Shown piece by piece: positions 26,555-40,002 of a stretch of DNA of 62,000 bases. How positions within the stretch are numbered: position 1 is the first letter of the stretch; every line of letters begins with the position of its first letter. The position numbers and the translations under genes are program-made. The notes beneath the pieces are model-generated. The model was not told where the DNA came from, made no database searches, and saw nothing but the letters and a program-made list of their open reading frames with translations. Source of the stretch: Octopus vulgaris (lineage: Eukaryota); assembly GCA_951406725.2 (NCBI GenBank), contig OX597834.1, forward strand, positions 40,072,001-40,134,000, in the 5' to 3' direction.

Positions 26555-27195
26555 TCAGTTAAGCGTAAGCCTAAGATCCCCTTTGGTCATGAATGACCAT
26601 GGGATTACACCTAGAAAGTTATTGGAGGCACATGGCCTAGTGGGTAGAGCAGCGGACTCGCGGTCGAGGGATCATGGGTTCGAATCTCAGACCGAGCGAT
26701 GTATGTGTTTATGAGCAAAACACCTAAGCTCCACGCAGCTCCGACAGAGGGTAATGGTGAACTTCTGCTGACTCTTTCGCCACTACTTTCTCTCACTCTT
26801 TCTTCCTGCATCTTGCAGCTCACCTCACTGCGATGGACCGGCGTCCCATCCAGGTGGGGAACCTATATGCTAAGGAAACCGAGAAACCGGCCCTTATGAG
26901 CCAGGCATGGCTCAAGAAGGAACAAACAAAACCTAGAAAGTTCCCCTCCGAGGCACAAATCCGGGCAAGGTTGTTTATGGAAGACAAGCAGTCGCCCATG
27001 CATACCGGCCTCCCTTCTCCATGCCACTGATGTTGTCCAAGGGAAAGGCAAAGGGGCCGATACAACTTGTCACCTGTGACGTCGCAACTCATTTCTACAG
27101 CTGAGTGAACTGGAGCAACGTGAAATAAAGCACAATGTCCAGTCCAAGAATCGAACTCACAACTTCACGATTGTAAGCTTGACGTTGTAACCACT
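26555..27195 (-). mobile_element. tRNA-headed SINE family D (long form), split by a family C SINE
   Basis: 26555-26620 plus 26931-27195 is collinear with 43625-43965. Confidence 0.8.
26621..26930 (+). mobile_element. tRNA-derived SINE family C with 12-bp TSD
   Basis: Head GGAGGCACATGGCCTAGTGG..GGTTCGAATC (A/B boxes); TSD ACCTAGAAAGTT at 26609-26620 and 26931-26942. Confidence 0.92.
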
Positions 27196-27424
27196 CTTAT
27201 ATTAAACCACCACCAATACCACATCATCATCATCATCATCATCATCATATTTGGCTCCAAGCTTGATGCAAAATAATGAAATTTTCAAGTGTTATTAGCA
27301 ATTTAATAGCTACCAGTCTAAGGGAGGTAACTCTTAAAAGCCAAATGAGAAAATCTATGAAATGAGATTTAAAAAAAAAAAAATTCTTTTAATGAAAATT
27401 GACAAAATTAAAATTTTGATTAGT

Positions 27425-28150
27425 CCTCCATTTACTTTTTAGTCATTGGACTGCGGCCATGCTAGAGCACCACTTTGAAGGGTTTTACTTAGAAGAAATG
27501 ACACTCCCAGGACGTTTTCTCTTTTTTAATGTTTAATACTTATTCTGTCTTTCTCTTCTACTGAAGCACTAATTTATGGGGATGTAAACAAACCCACACC
27601 TGCTGGCAGGCAGTGGTGGGGACAAACATAGTGACCCCCTCCAAAGCACACACACGTGTTCTGGGTTCAGTTCCACTGCGTGGTACCTTGGGCAAGTGGC
27701 TTCTACTCTAGCCTCGGGCCGACCAAAGCCTTGTGAGTGGATTTGGTAGACGGAAACTGAAAGAAGCCCGTCGTTTATATGTGTGTGTGTGTTTGTGTCT
27801 GTGTTTGTTACCCCCCCCCCCACATCGCTTGACAACCGATGCTGGTGTGTTTATATCCCCGTAACTTAGACCAATAGAATAAGTACTAGGCTTACAACGA
27901 ATAAGCCCTGGGGTCGATTTCCTCAACTAAAGGTGGTGCTCTAGCATGGCCACAGTCAAATGACTGAAACAAGTAAAAGAGTAAATATATATATATATAT
28001 ATATATATAAATATGGGCTTCTTTCAGTTTCCTTCTAACAGAAGGCAATAGGGACAAAAAGAGAAGACATTTTTCCAAAGTAGCACACAACAGGACTGAA
28101 CCTAAAACCATAGGGTTGGGAAGTACATTTCTTACCACACAGCCACGCAA
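27425..28150. mobile_element. Cluster of family A SINE pieces in alternating orientation
   Basis: ~27425-27640(-), 27655-27985(+), 28010-28150(-). Confidence 0.8.
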
Positions 28151-28390
28151 CTACATAGAACCACCTTCCTATCAACACTACATAGAACTACCTTTCTATC
28201 AACACTACATAGAACTACCTTTCTATCAACACTACATAGAACCACCTTCCTATCAACACTACATAGAACCACCTTTTTATCAACACCACATAGAACCACC
28301 TTCCTATCAACACTAAATAGAATCACCTTTCTATCAACACTACATAGAACCACCTTTCTATTAAAACTACATAGAACCACCTTTCTATCT
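28150..28390. repeat. 27-bp minisatellite (ACTACATAGAACCACCTTYCTATCAAC), ~9 copies
   Basis: The 27-nt period is visible directly and as a 9-aa repeat in the ORF track. Confidence 0.95.
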
Positions 28391-28849
28391 ACAGTACAAT
28401 CTCTTCCTATCCCCTCTTCTTCTCAACCCCAAACCCCACCATGACAAGCAGCTGTTTTATTTCGTGTGTCAATTTCAATAAACTTGGAAAAGCAAATTCT
28501 AAAAATCTTGCTCAACAATAAAAAAAAAATAATAAAATAAAACCCTACCCTACACCCCACCCACTTCATTCCTCCACCCACAAACAAGATTTGAATCTTA
28601 ATTGATTAATTAAGAGGAGAGCCGAAAATAATTAATCAGTTACTGGATTAGATGTTTTACACGCTGCTGCTGCCGCTGCCACTGCTGCTTCTTCCACTCC
28701 CCAAATTCAGACAGTTATCTTCTACACTCTTTCAATTCATTCCAAAATAATGGTTTCCTTTCAGTTATTTTTCATGAGGCATCAAGCCAAAATTTCTAAG
28801 ATTACCGGCATTATTTTGCCATCCTTCAAATGTATGATGGCACCGGGAT

Positions 28850-28852
<3 letters not shown>

Positions 28853-28900
<48 letters not shown>

Positions 28901-29228
28901 TACACACATACACACAGACAAATAAATAAATACAAACACACACAAATACACACATATACAAATACACACACACACACACACATATACACATACACAAATA
29001 CCCACCCACACACACAAATACACACAGACAAATAAATACAAACATACACAAATACATACACACAAAAATACACACATATACAAATACACACATATATACA
29101 CATACACAAATACACACAAGCACAAACAGACACACACACACATAAATACACACAACACACACACAAATACACACACACACACACAAATACACACAACACA
29201 CACACAAATACACACAACACACACACAA

Positions 29229-29270
<42 letters not shown>
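28853..29270. repeat. Cryptic (CA)-rich simple sequence
   Basis: Read directly. Confidence 0.9.
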
Positions 29271-29282
<12 letters not shown>

Positions 29283-29469
29283 GCTAATGTGTAGATATAT
29301 ATGCTAAGTCCACACAGAAGTTGTACTCAGAAGAGCAACTCAGGTGTAGCTGTGTGGTAAGAAGTTGGCTTCCCAACCACATGGTTCTGGGTTCAGTCCC
29401 ACTGCATAGACCCTTGGGAAGATGTCTTCTATAACTTCAAGATGATCAAAACCTTGTGTGTGTGTATAT

Positions 29470-29645
29470 ATACTCTTCGGGAATTTGGGGAGTGGGGGTT
29501 CTCCCTCTCCTCTCTACTTTCTGTAGATGAGCACAGGCTCGAAACATCGAAGATTTTTCATTTTCCCTGAGTGTCAAACTAATAGACCTTGTCTGTTGTT
29601 CCCTCCCCTGTCTCTGTTTTTTTGGGTTTTTGTACAGTTTTGAAC
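29470..29645 (+). mobile_element. Repeat carrying a hammerhead-like motif (Penelope-type terminal repeat candidate)
   Basis: CUUU-CUGUAGA-U-GAGC(acag)GCUC-GAAAC-AU-C-GAAG at 29517-29552; homologous to 54715-54915. Confidence 0.55.
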
Positions 29646-30421
29646 CATTTGTGTGTGTGTGTGTGTGTTTGTAAGCATATTTGTCTTTTATCTTTCATCT
29701 TTTACTTGTTTTAGTCATTGGGTTGCGGCCATACTGGAGCACTGTTCTGAAAGGTTTTGGTCCCACTGCCGACACTACTTAAATCGTTTTGAAGTCTGAA
29801 CTGCTAAAGTACATGGATGTAAACAAACCCACACTGCCTGTCAAGGTCTTTCATTATCTTTTACTTGTTTTAGTCATTAGACTATGGCCATGCTGGAGTA
29901 CTGCCTGGAAGAATTTTTAATCAAATAAATCATCCCCGGTACTTATTTTTTAAAAATATGCTTACAAACACACTTACGCCAGTGTGTTTACGCCAATTCA
30001 GCAAAAATGACTGCTAGGATAAATACCAGGCTTAAAACCAAAATCCAAATGGGCGCTGGGGTCGATTCGTTCAACTAAAATTCTTTCAGGTGGTGCCACA
30101 GCATGGTTGCAGTCCAATGCCTGAGACAAGTAAAAACCGAAAAAATAAAAAGGGTCATTCTCAAAATCAATTGAAACAAAGGCTTCGTAATTCTCCAGAA
30201 AAATGGTGAGAGTGCTTCCACTGTTTACAAACACCTAACTGTAACACAAAAACAAGGTCCTCTGATCTATGGATAGATTCTTCCACTTTTTTTTTCTTTC
30301 TCTCCTAGCACCGGAGAGCCTGGAAAAGGTCACAAAGTTACTTCCTTCCTCAGCTGAAGACTAATGAAACAAACAACAAATGAAGTCCACAGAGATGATG
30401 ATGGTGATGGTGATGGTGATG

Positions 30422-30453
<32 letters not shown>

Positions 30454-30577
30454 AGTGGTGGCGGGGATGGTGGTGTTCGTGGTGGTGGTGGTCGCCGTGA
30501 TGGTGATGATGGTATTTCTCATGAGAATGAACAAAGATAAACTTATATTAGCCTCAAAGACAACAAACCATACAACA

Positions 30578-30639
<62 letters not shown>

Positions 30640-31024
30640 AATAAAATGAAAATAAAGGCAATAATTATATCTATTTATGTCTAATCTTTATCCGAGAAAA
30701 TTTCTCAGTCTCTTGATCTGATGTTGGTGGCGCTTTTGAAGTAAGAAAGAACAAACAAGAAAAAGAAAAAAAGAAAAAACAAAAAAAAACGAAATAATAA
30801 AGGGGGGAGATTAAAAACAACCACACAAAAAAACAAACAAACAAACGGACTTTTAAAAAAGTAAAAAAAAAAGAAAAAAACAGCAGAATAAAAACAAAAG
30901 TTTGATATGAGTAATGAGTGATATCAAAGACTAAAGATTAATAAATCTGTTTATTCTAGATTCCTCTAAAAGATGGTTCCAACAACAAATGCAATCTCAA
31001 GCCTGGTTTATTTCCTCTGATAGC

Positions 31025-31083
<59 letters not shown>

Positions 31084-32097
31084 TAATAATAATAAATAAT
31101 AATAATAATAATAATAATAAATAATTATAAATAATAATAATAATAATAATAATAATAGGGTATATTGGGCTTTGTATATCTGTACCCAAACACCACTTTG
31201 ATGGTGTGTGCTACTACTACTACTACTAATAATAATAATAATAATAATAATAATGATGATAATAATGATGATGATGATGATGATGATGATGATAAAATAG
31301 TAATTTGCAATTAGCCTAATTACCAAAAAGTTTTGATATTTGTTAAAGAATTTCTGTTGGTTCTAGTAGTGACCACCTCCCTCTAAACTATCAATTATAC
31401 TGTAAACAGTAGATTCCTTTCTTTCCTGATGACATTATATGGAATCGGTTATTAAAAAGAAGCCAAAAATATAAATGGTTTAGGCTTGGCTTTCAAGGGT
31501 TCCTTTATTTTTTTGTTGTTGTTGCTGTTGTTGTTGTTGTTTTCGTTCCTTTATTTGTGATTCTCTGTATTATGTTACTAATCATCTCCACTGCCACCAC
31601 ACTTACCATCACCACCACCACGACAATCACTGTCACCGCCACCACTACCTGTCTCACCACCAACAGCAACACCACTACCCTCACCATCATCGCCACCACC
31701 ACCACCACTGCCACAACTATCATCAGCACCACTACCACCACCAACATCACCCTCATCATCACCACTGCCGTCATCATCATAATCATCACTACCACCATCA
31801 TCATAATCACCAACACCATCGCTATCACCACCACCACCACCATGATCATCATCATCACTTCACATCTGTTTCTCCATGTTAGCATGGGTTTGAGGGATCT
31901 TCACCCACACAGCATCTCATCACATTTTTCTCCTTTCATCTTTTATTTGTTTTAGTCAGTGGGCTGCGGCCATACTGGGGCACTGCTCTGAAAGGTTTTG
32001 GTCCCATTGCCGACACTACTTAAATCATTTTGAAGTCTGAACTGCTAAAGTACATGGATGTAAACAAACCAACACTGCCTGTCGAAGTCTTTCATTA

Positions 32098-32440
32098 GCT
32101 TTTACTTGTTTTAGTCATTAGATTATGGCCATACTGGAGCACAAAGCTTGGTGCTTATTTGTAGTGATCCCTTTTGCCAAACTGCTAAGTTACGGGGACA
32201 TAAACACACCAACATCAGTTGTCAAGCAGAGGTGGGAAACAAACACAGACACAAAGACACACACACACACACACACGCATATACATGATGGGCTTCTTTC
32301 AGTTTCCATCTACCAGATCCATTCACAAGGCTTTGGTCAGCCCGAGGCTATAGTAGAAAAAAACTTGTCCAAGGTGCCAAGCAGTGGGACTGAACTCAGA
32401 ACCATGTGGTTGAGGATCAAGCTTCTCACCATGCAGCCAC
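32098..32440 (-). mobile_element. SINE family A
   Basis: Collinear with the other copies. Confidence 0.85.
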
Positions 32441-32804
32441 ACCAAAGAACTCCTTATCAAGAATCTCTCAAAGAAATAGAGAAATTATCCAAATGAAAAA
32501 ACAAAAGGGGCTGGAAATAGAGATAACCAGGAATGTAAGGGGCTGAAAAACAGAAACAATCCCAATAGATAAGGGGTGCATTGAGATTGATAAGAATGTG
32601 CAAAACACACACAACCAAAACCACACAACTTACAAATATGCACAACATGCAAAAATTTGGCAGGAAGAACTGCACACATATTAAAGTAGTGCACTCTCAG
32701 TTCAGTAAATAAAACACTGCATATACTAAGAAAAAAAAAAGAAGAAAAAGAAGGAAAACCTCTTCTCAGCTGTGCAGTGAAAACAAAGAAGAACACTGAA
32801 AGAC

Positions 32805-32806
<2 letters not shown>

Positions 32807-32840
<34 letters not shown>

Positions 32841-32870
32841 TAATAATAATAATAAATAATAATAATGATC

Positions 32871-32914
<44 letters not shown>

Positions 32915-32937
32915 TAATAATGATCATAATAATGATG

Positions 32938-32981
<44 letters not shown>

Positions 32982-33004
32982 TAATAATGATCATAATAAT
33001 GATG

Positions 33005-33059
<55 letters not shown>

Positions 33060-33073
33060 TCATAATAATGATG

Positions 33074-33122
<49 letters not shown>

Positions 33123-33136
33123 TCATAATAATGATG

Positions 33137-33175
<39 letters not shown>

Positions 33176-33198
33176 GATAAATGATAATAATAATGATC

Positions 33199-33242
<44 letters not shown>

Positions 33243-33265
33243 TAATAATGATCATAATAATGATG

Positions 33266-33306
<41 letters not shown>

Positions 33307-33329
33307 TAATAATGATCATAATAATGATG

Positions 33330-33371
<42 letters not shown>

Positions 33372-33394
33372 GATAAATGATAATAATAATGATC

Positions 33395-33438
<44 letters not shown>

Positions 33439-33461
33439 TAATAATGATCATAATAATGATG

Positions 33462-33502
<41 letters not shown>

Positions 33503-33525
33503 TAATAATGATCATAATAATGATG

Positions 33526-33564
<39 letters not shown>

Positions 33565-33587
33565 GATAAATGATAATAATAATGATC

Positions 33588-33634
<47 letters not shown>

Positions 33635-33657
33635 TAATAATGATCATAATAATGATG

Positions 33658-33698
<41 letters not shown>

Positions 33699-33721
33699 TA
33701 ATAATGATCATAATAATGATG

Positions 33722-33766
<45 letters not shown>

Positions 33767-33789
33767 GATAAATGATAATAATAATGATC

Positions 33790-33833
<44 letters not shown>

Positions 33834-33856
33834 TAATAATGATCATAATAATGATG

Positions 33857-33897
<41 letters not shown>

Positions 33898-33920
33898 TAA
33901 TAATGATCATAATAATGATG

Positions 33921-33959
<39 letters not shown>

Positions 33960-33982
33960 GATAAATGATAATAATAATGATC

Positions 33983-34026
<44 letters not shown>

Positions 34027-34049
34027 TAATAATGATCATAATAATGATG

Positions 34050-34090
<41 letters not shown>

Positions 34091-34113
34091 TAATAATGAT
34101 CATAATAATGATG

Positions 34114-34152
<39 letters not shown>

Positions 34153-34175
34153 GATAAATGATAATAATAATGATC

Positions 34176-34222
<47 letters not shown>

Positions 34223-34245
34223 TAATAATGATCATAATAATGATG

Positions 34246-34277
<32 letters not shown>

Positions 34278-34303
34278 TAATAATGATCATAATAATGATG
34301 ATC

Positions 34304-34359
<56 letters not shown>

Positions 34360-34382
34360 TAATAATGATCATAATAATGATG

Positions 34383-34424
<42 letters not shown>

Positions 34425-34444
34425 GATAAATGATAATAATAATG

Positions 34445-34490
<46 letters not shown>

Positions 34491-34513
34491 TAATAATGAT
34501 CATAATAATGATG

Positions 34514-34551
<38 letters not shown>

Positions 34552-34992
34552 TAATAATGATCATAATAATAATAATAAATAATAATGATCATAATAATGA
34601 TGATAATAATGATAATGATAATGATAATAATAATGATGATAATGTTAATGATAATAATGATGATGATAATAATGATGATGATAATGATAATAATAATAAT
34701 AATGATGATGATAATAATGATGATGATAATGATAATGATAATAATGATGATAATGTTAATGATAATAATGATTATGATGATAATAATGATAATGATAATA
34801 ATGATGATGATAATAATGATGATGATAATAATGATGATTATAATAAAAATAATAATAATAATGATGATGATAATAATGATAATAATGATGATTATAATAA
34901 TGATAATAATGATGATTATAATAAAAATAATAATAATAATGATGATGATAATGATAATAATAATGATGGTAATAATGATAATGATGATGATT

Positions 34993-35027
<35 letters not shown>
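32807..35027. repeat. 2.2-kb (AAT/GAT)n array with a ~195-bp higher-order repeat
   Basis: The marker AAATGATAAATGATAATAATAATGATC recurs every ~193-202 nt from ~33170 to ~34150; near-identical translated blocks appear in the ORF track. Confidence 0.92.
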
Positions 35028-35028
<1 letters not shown>

Positions 35029-35582
35029 CCCTGATGCAATACCAGGCAGTGGCTCTCGTGGCTTCTGATCTTAACTGATTGGAAGTGTTATCATGTACAT
35101 TGTTTTGTCTTGGTATAAAAGATGGGCTACAGCAAATATTCTGCTCAATACCCAAGATTTGCTTGTCAGTTGTTTGACCATAACCAGTTGAGCATGTTCC
35201 TTGGTGGCTGATGATATGTGCATCTCTGATCACGAGCAGAAGTAGTGGGGGAGCATCGTAGCCATGTGTTGAGAAGGATTCTTTGGAGCTTGAATAAATC
35301 ACCTCTGGAAACATGGGTGGTTCATTCAACATCCTTAAACAACCCTTATCCAGGGACCTTTTGAACGGGATGGGCTACTCAACCTGAAGAAATTTCTAAC
35401 TGGGCCCCACCTGCAATGTCATGTGCTGTTTATCTTGATATGAGATCACCATGTCGCATACATATGGTTGTGAAGCATGTGCCTGGTGTACCCTTATCAG
35501 ACGGGTAGTCATGACGATTATATTAGGCTTCATATAACTGTACCCCAGTATCACTTTGATGGCATGCACTACTCTCTCACTC
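35026..35582 (+). mobile_element. Family F element, full length (~557 bp)
   Basis: ATGCCCTGATGCA...CTCTCTCACTC followed by (AAT)n; reverse complement of 45682-46247. Confidence 0.88.
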
Positions 35583-35613
<31 letters not shown>

Positions 35614-36069
35614 GGAATAAATAAATCTGTCTTCAGTAAGGATAACAAAAAGAAAGAAAAACTAAAAGGACAAAGGAAGAATGAAGATAAAATGCTGTAC
35701 CTTGTAAACTTCGGTTGCAAGACTCCAAAGCTCTTGATCTGAAGAAACTTTCAGTTGATACTAAAATAAAACAATAAAATAAAACATTAATAAATACAAA
35801 AAAAAAAACAAATTTCAGTTTAATTCTTGAAAACATCTTAAGACAAAAATAACTGTTTCAAAATCTGGCCAAAGGCCAGTTTCTTAAATTTTGGCCCATG
35901 GCCCCATAGTTTTAGGGAGAAGAGATTAGTCGGTTGTGTCATCCACCCACCCTGGTACTTGACCTGGTACTGCATTTTATTGACCCCCCCACATCCCCCA
36001 CTAAAAGGGTAAAAAGCAAAGCTGACCTTGGCAGAATTTGAACTTGAAATGTAAAGAGAATAAAACAAA

Positions 36070-36240
36070 ATATAGGTGCAGGCATGGCTGTGTGGTAAGA
36101 AGCTTGTTTCCCAACCACATGGTTCCAGGTTCAGTTCCAGTGTGTGGTACCTAGGACAAGAATCTTTACTATAGTTTTGAGATAACCAAAGCTTTATGAG
36201 TGGATTCAGTAGATGGAAACTGAAAGAAGCCCGTTGTGTG
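36070..36240 (+). mobile_element. SINE family A, 5' half
   Basis: AGGTGCAGGCATGGCTGTGTGGTAAG head. Confidence 0.8.
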
Positions 36241-37219
36241 TGTGTCCATGGATGATTTGACTGAGGTCTGGCAAAACCAGACTCCAATCTGATCTGGCAG
36301 AGTTTCTACAGCTGGATGCCCTTCCTAATGCCAACCACTCCAAGAGTGTAGTGGGTGCTTTTACGTGCTACCGGCACTAGGGCCAGCTAGGTGGTACTGG
36401 CTACGGCCACACTCAGATGGTGCTTTTTATTAGCCACCTACACAGGAGCCAGTCCAGCGGCACTGGCAACAACATCACTCGAATGTTTTTTCACGTGCAC
36501 CCGGCACAAGTGCCAGTAAGGTGATACAGGTAACGATCATGCTTGAATGGTGTTTTTAACGTGCCATCAGCACAAAGGCCAGCTTGTTGCTCTGGCAACG
36601 ATCTCACTGGTATGGTACTCTTAGCACTCCACTAGCAATGGATGCCAGTCACCGAGTTTGATTTTGATTTCACTTGCCTCATCAGGTCTTCGCAAGCAGA
36701 GTTTAGTGTCCAATGAAGGAAAAGCACACATAAGCGGACTGGTTACACCCCTGGCGTAGGCCACAAGGTTATGGTCTCACTTGCGCTTGCCGAGTCCTGA
36801 ATGTATAATGAAATGTGAAAATTGACAATTCAAAGTCTGTTCCCAGCACACTCGCACAAGTATGTATATGTGTGTGTATAAGTGTTTGTGTGTATGTGTG
36901 TGTATATATATATATATATAAGTATGTATATATCTGTATATCTGTGTGTGTATGTGCACATTTGTGTATAAGTGTTTGTGTGCATGTATAGGTGTATGTC
37001 TATATATGTGGTGTATAAGTCTAAGCACACATGGGTATACATGTATGTATGTGTGTATGTCTGTGTTTGTCCCCCTAGCATTGCTTGACAACCGATGCTG
37101 GTGTGTTTACGTCCCCGTCACTTAGTGATTCGGCAAAAGAATAAGTACTGGGCTTACAAAGATTAAGTCCCGGGGTCGATTTGCTCGACTAAAGGCAGTG
37201 CTCCAGCATGGGCGCAGTC

Positions 37220-37426
37220 AAACACAGAGAGGACAAACAAGGACAGACAAACGGATTAAGTCGATTACATCGACCCCAGTGCGAAACTGGTACTTAATTT
37301 ATCGACCCCGAAAAGATGAAAGGCAAAGTCGACCGCAGTGGAATTTGAACCCAGAACGTAATGGCAGACGAAACACAGCTACGCATTTCGCCCGGCGTGC
37401 TAACGTTTCTGCCAGCTCACCGCCTT
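37220..37426 (-). mobile_element. SINE family B (young)
   Basis: Reverse complement of AGGCGGTGAGCTGGCAGAAACGTTAGCACGCCGGGCGAAATGC..; abuts a family A tail (37050-37219). Confidence 0.88.
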
Positions 37427-37447
37427 TACATACACACATATATATAT

Positions 37448-37502
<55 letters not shown>

Positions 37503-37942
37503 CATACACACACACATACATACACACATACACACACATACACAAATACACACACATATACACACACACATATCCATGCACGCACACAAAATGTATACAC
37601 ACACACACACACCATCAAACACACACCCCCTTCCTTCCACAGTGCTGTGACACAGTTCTAGCTAATAACTCCATTATCACTTGTTCAATGAATGTCTTGT
37701 GTGTTGTTATTTAAAAGTCAGTCCTTCAGCAAGAAAAGACAGCTCTTTGTTGGCATTGAACTGGATCCATTATTGAAATATTCCCGTTTCAGAAACAGTT
37801 TCGCTCTTCATAAATGTCACCACACGAGGAAGAAACTTCCTAACATAGGATTACGTGTTTCTACATCTGTATCTGTATGCGTATGTGTGTGTGTGTTTGC
37901 GTTTGAAAGAGGAAGATATATATATGTATGTGTGTGTATATA

Positions 37943-37996
<54 letters not shown>

Positions 37997-38186
37997 TATG
38001 TATATATATATATATATTATATATATATATATATGTAGAGGTGTGTATACATGTTTGAGTGTGGGGGGATGTGTTTGAAAGAGGGAGAGATATAAATAAG
38101 TTCACACACACACACACACACACAGATTTAAACAGGGGTGAGTGTCTCTGTGTTTGTATGTGTGTCTCTGAAAGGAAGAGAGGAGT

Positions 38187-38252
<66 letters not shown>

Positions 38253-38479
38253 AGTGCATGTGTGTGAGTGCATGTGTGTGTATAAGGGACTGTACTTGTA
38301 TATGCCTCTGTGTGTGTGTGTGTGCACGTGTGGTGTGTGTGTGTGTTTGACATAGAGAGAGATAGACAGAGAGTGACAGGATATTCTTTTTTATAAATAA
38401 GTCTGTATTTCATATTTATAAATGGAGGGAGTTGTTCAAAAGAGATCACAACTAGAACTGTAACAGCATATGAGAGAGG

Positions 38480-38905
38480 GAGTGATTGAGGGGGAGGGCT
38501 AGGAATGAGAGGCTGCAAGATAGAGGGGAGAGGGGGAGAGAGAAGTTGTGAGTAAGAGAGAGAGGAGAGGCCGAGAAAGAAAGAGAGATAGGCATAGAGA
38601 GAGAGAGAGAGATAGGTTGGAAGCAAGGAAGGGGTCGAGAGAGAGTGGGGAAAGGCCGTGAGAGAGGAGAGGTCAAGAGAGAGGAGCTGGGAAGGAAGGA
38701 GAGAAGCAAGCAAGCAAGGATTGAAGAAAGAAAGGAAGGAAGGAAGGAAGGAAGGAAGGAAGAAAAGAAGGAAGGAAGGAAGGAAGAAAGAAAGACAGGG
38801 AGGAGGAAAGGGAAGAAAGAAAGATGGGGAGGAGGAAAGGGAAGAAAGAAAGATGAGGAGGAGGAAAGGGAAGAAAGAAAGGAAGAAAGACGGGGAAGAG
38901 GAAAG

Positions 38906-38951
<46 letters not shown>

Positions 38952-39020
38952 CAGGAGAAGGGAAGGGGAGGGAAGAAAGAAAGAAAAAAAGGAAGAAAGG
39001 GCTGAATGGGGGAGAGAGAG
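38480..39020 (+). repeat. Polypurine (GA/GAAA/GGAA) tract, ~540 bp
   Basis: Nearly pyrimidine-free plus strand. Confidence 0.9.
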
Positions 39021-39472
39021 ATGCAGAGAAAGTGCATCCAGGAAAATTATCAATGAATAAAACAGAACATAAAAAATATCAATAACCTCTGAAACTCCCA
39101 ATTCCATTTGTGATAATTAGAAGACTTGGAAGACCAAAGAACTTGGTAACAAGGAAGCAACAACAACATGGGAACTCTATGCGTCTTATTCATTGTAATT
39201 CCTTAATTCAAAATTCACCCAAATAATCCCACCAAATATTATGAAGAAAGGATTATCTCCCTTGTATACTTGTAATTATTGTCTGCTAGGGGACACCAAA
39301 TGTTTAAAAAACAGTTTCCATGTTAAAGTAAACGGTAACCTTCCATTCCATTCCAACTAACTCACTGCTGACACCCACACTCCACTGTGGTGCATTTACA
39401 GACACATGCATGCATACATACATACATACATGCATACATACATACATACATGCATGAATGAATGACTGCATG

Positions 39473-39499
<27 letters not shown>

Positions 39500-39506
<7 letters not shown>

Positions 39507-39720
39507 TAGTAAATCCAAAAACGAAGAACAAACATAAAAAACTACAATGCGAGGACACGGTACATATAAAGTATTAGCAGACACTCAGGGAAGGAAAGAA
39601 AGCTGGTTTAATGTTTCGAGCAGATGCTCTTCTTTGGAAACAGATGAAAGTCCAATAGAAGGGAAGACGGAGGAAGAAAATCGCCGATTCACATATAGTT
39701 ACATTTTGAAAATCCTATAT
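39500..39720 (-). mobile_element. Repeat with a decayed hammerhead-like motif
   Basis: Minus strand 39641-39606: GUUU-CCAAAGA-A-GAGC(aucu)GCUC-GAAAC-AU-U-AAAC; stems I and II pair, the core is mutated. Confidence 0.5.
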
Positions 39721-39739
39721 ACACACACACATACACACA

Positions 39740-39958
39740 CAGAGGGTGCTGAAAAGTTCCCAGCTTTAGGTAAAGAAAAATACAGGAGGATCCGTTAATT
39801 ATGATTTTATTCAGCATATTCCTCCTCTCAGATTCATGTGCTTATTGCGATGGTCCTTCAGTTTCTCTAAGCCCAATAAAAGAACTTGAAAGATTTGGGT
39901 ACCAACCAGGCCTTTCATGATACCCTTAAAGCTAGGAACTTTTCAGCATCCCCTCATA
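39740..39958. mobile_element. mariner-type MITE
   Basis: TIRs GAGGGTGCTGAAAAGTTCCCAGCTTTA / TAAAGCTAGGAACTTTTCAGCATCCCCTC. Relatives at 40056-40192 (internally deleted) and 58030-58132 (right half). Confidence 0.82.
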
Positions 39959-39961
39959 CAT

Positions 39962-40002
<41 letters not shown>

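Noticed and set aside
26623-26695. tRNA-like sequences here and at 49265-49335, 50222-50295, 52185-52255
   Set aside because: They continue into shared SINE bodies with tails and TSDs, so they are SINE heads rather than tRNA genes.
28150-28390. Regular arrays (27-bp here, 61-bp at 17121) as CRISPR-like
   Set aside because: No unique spacers between constant repeats, no cas genes, eukaryotic context.
35028-35105. HDV-like ribozyme at the family F 5' end (P1 candidate GCCCUGA/UCRUGGC)
   Set aside because: I could not place P1.1, P3 or the catalytic J4/2 by eye; needs a descriptor search.
36666-36691. Minus-strand CUGAUGA-GGCAAGU-GAAAUC hammerhead core words
   Set aside because: Stem II and stem I cannot be paired.
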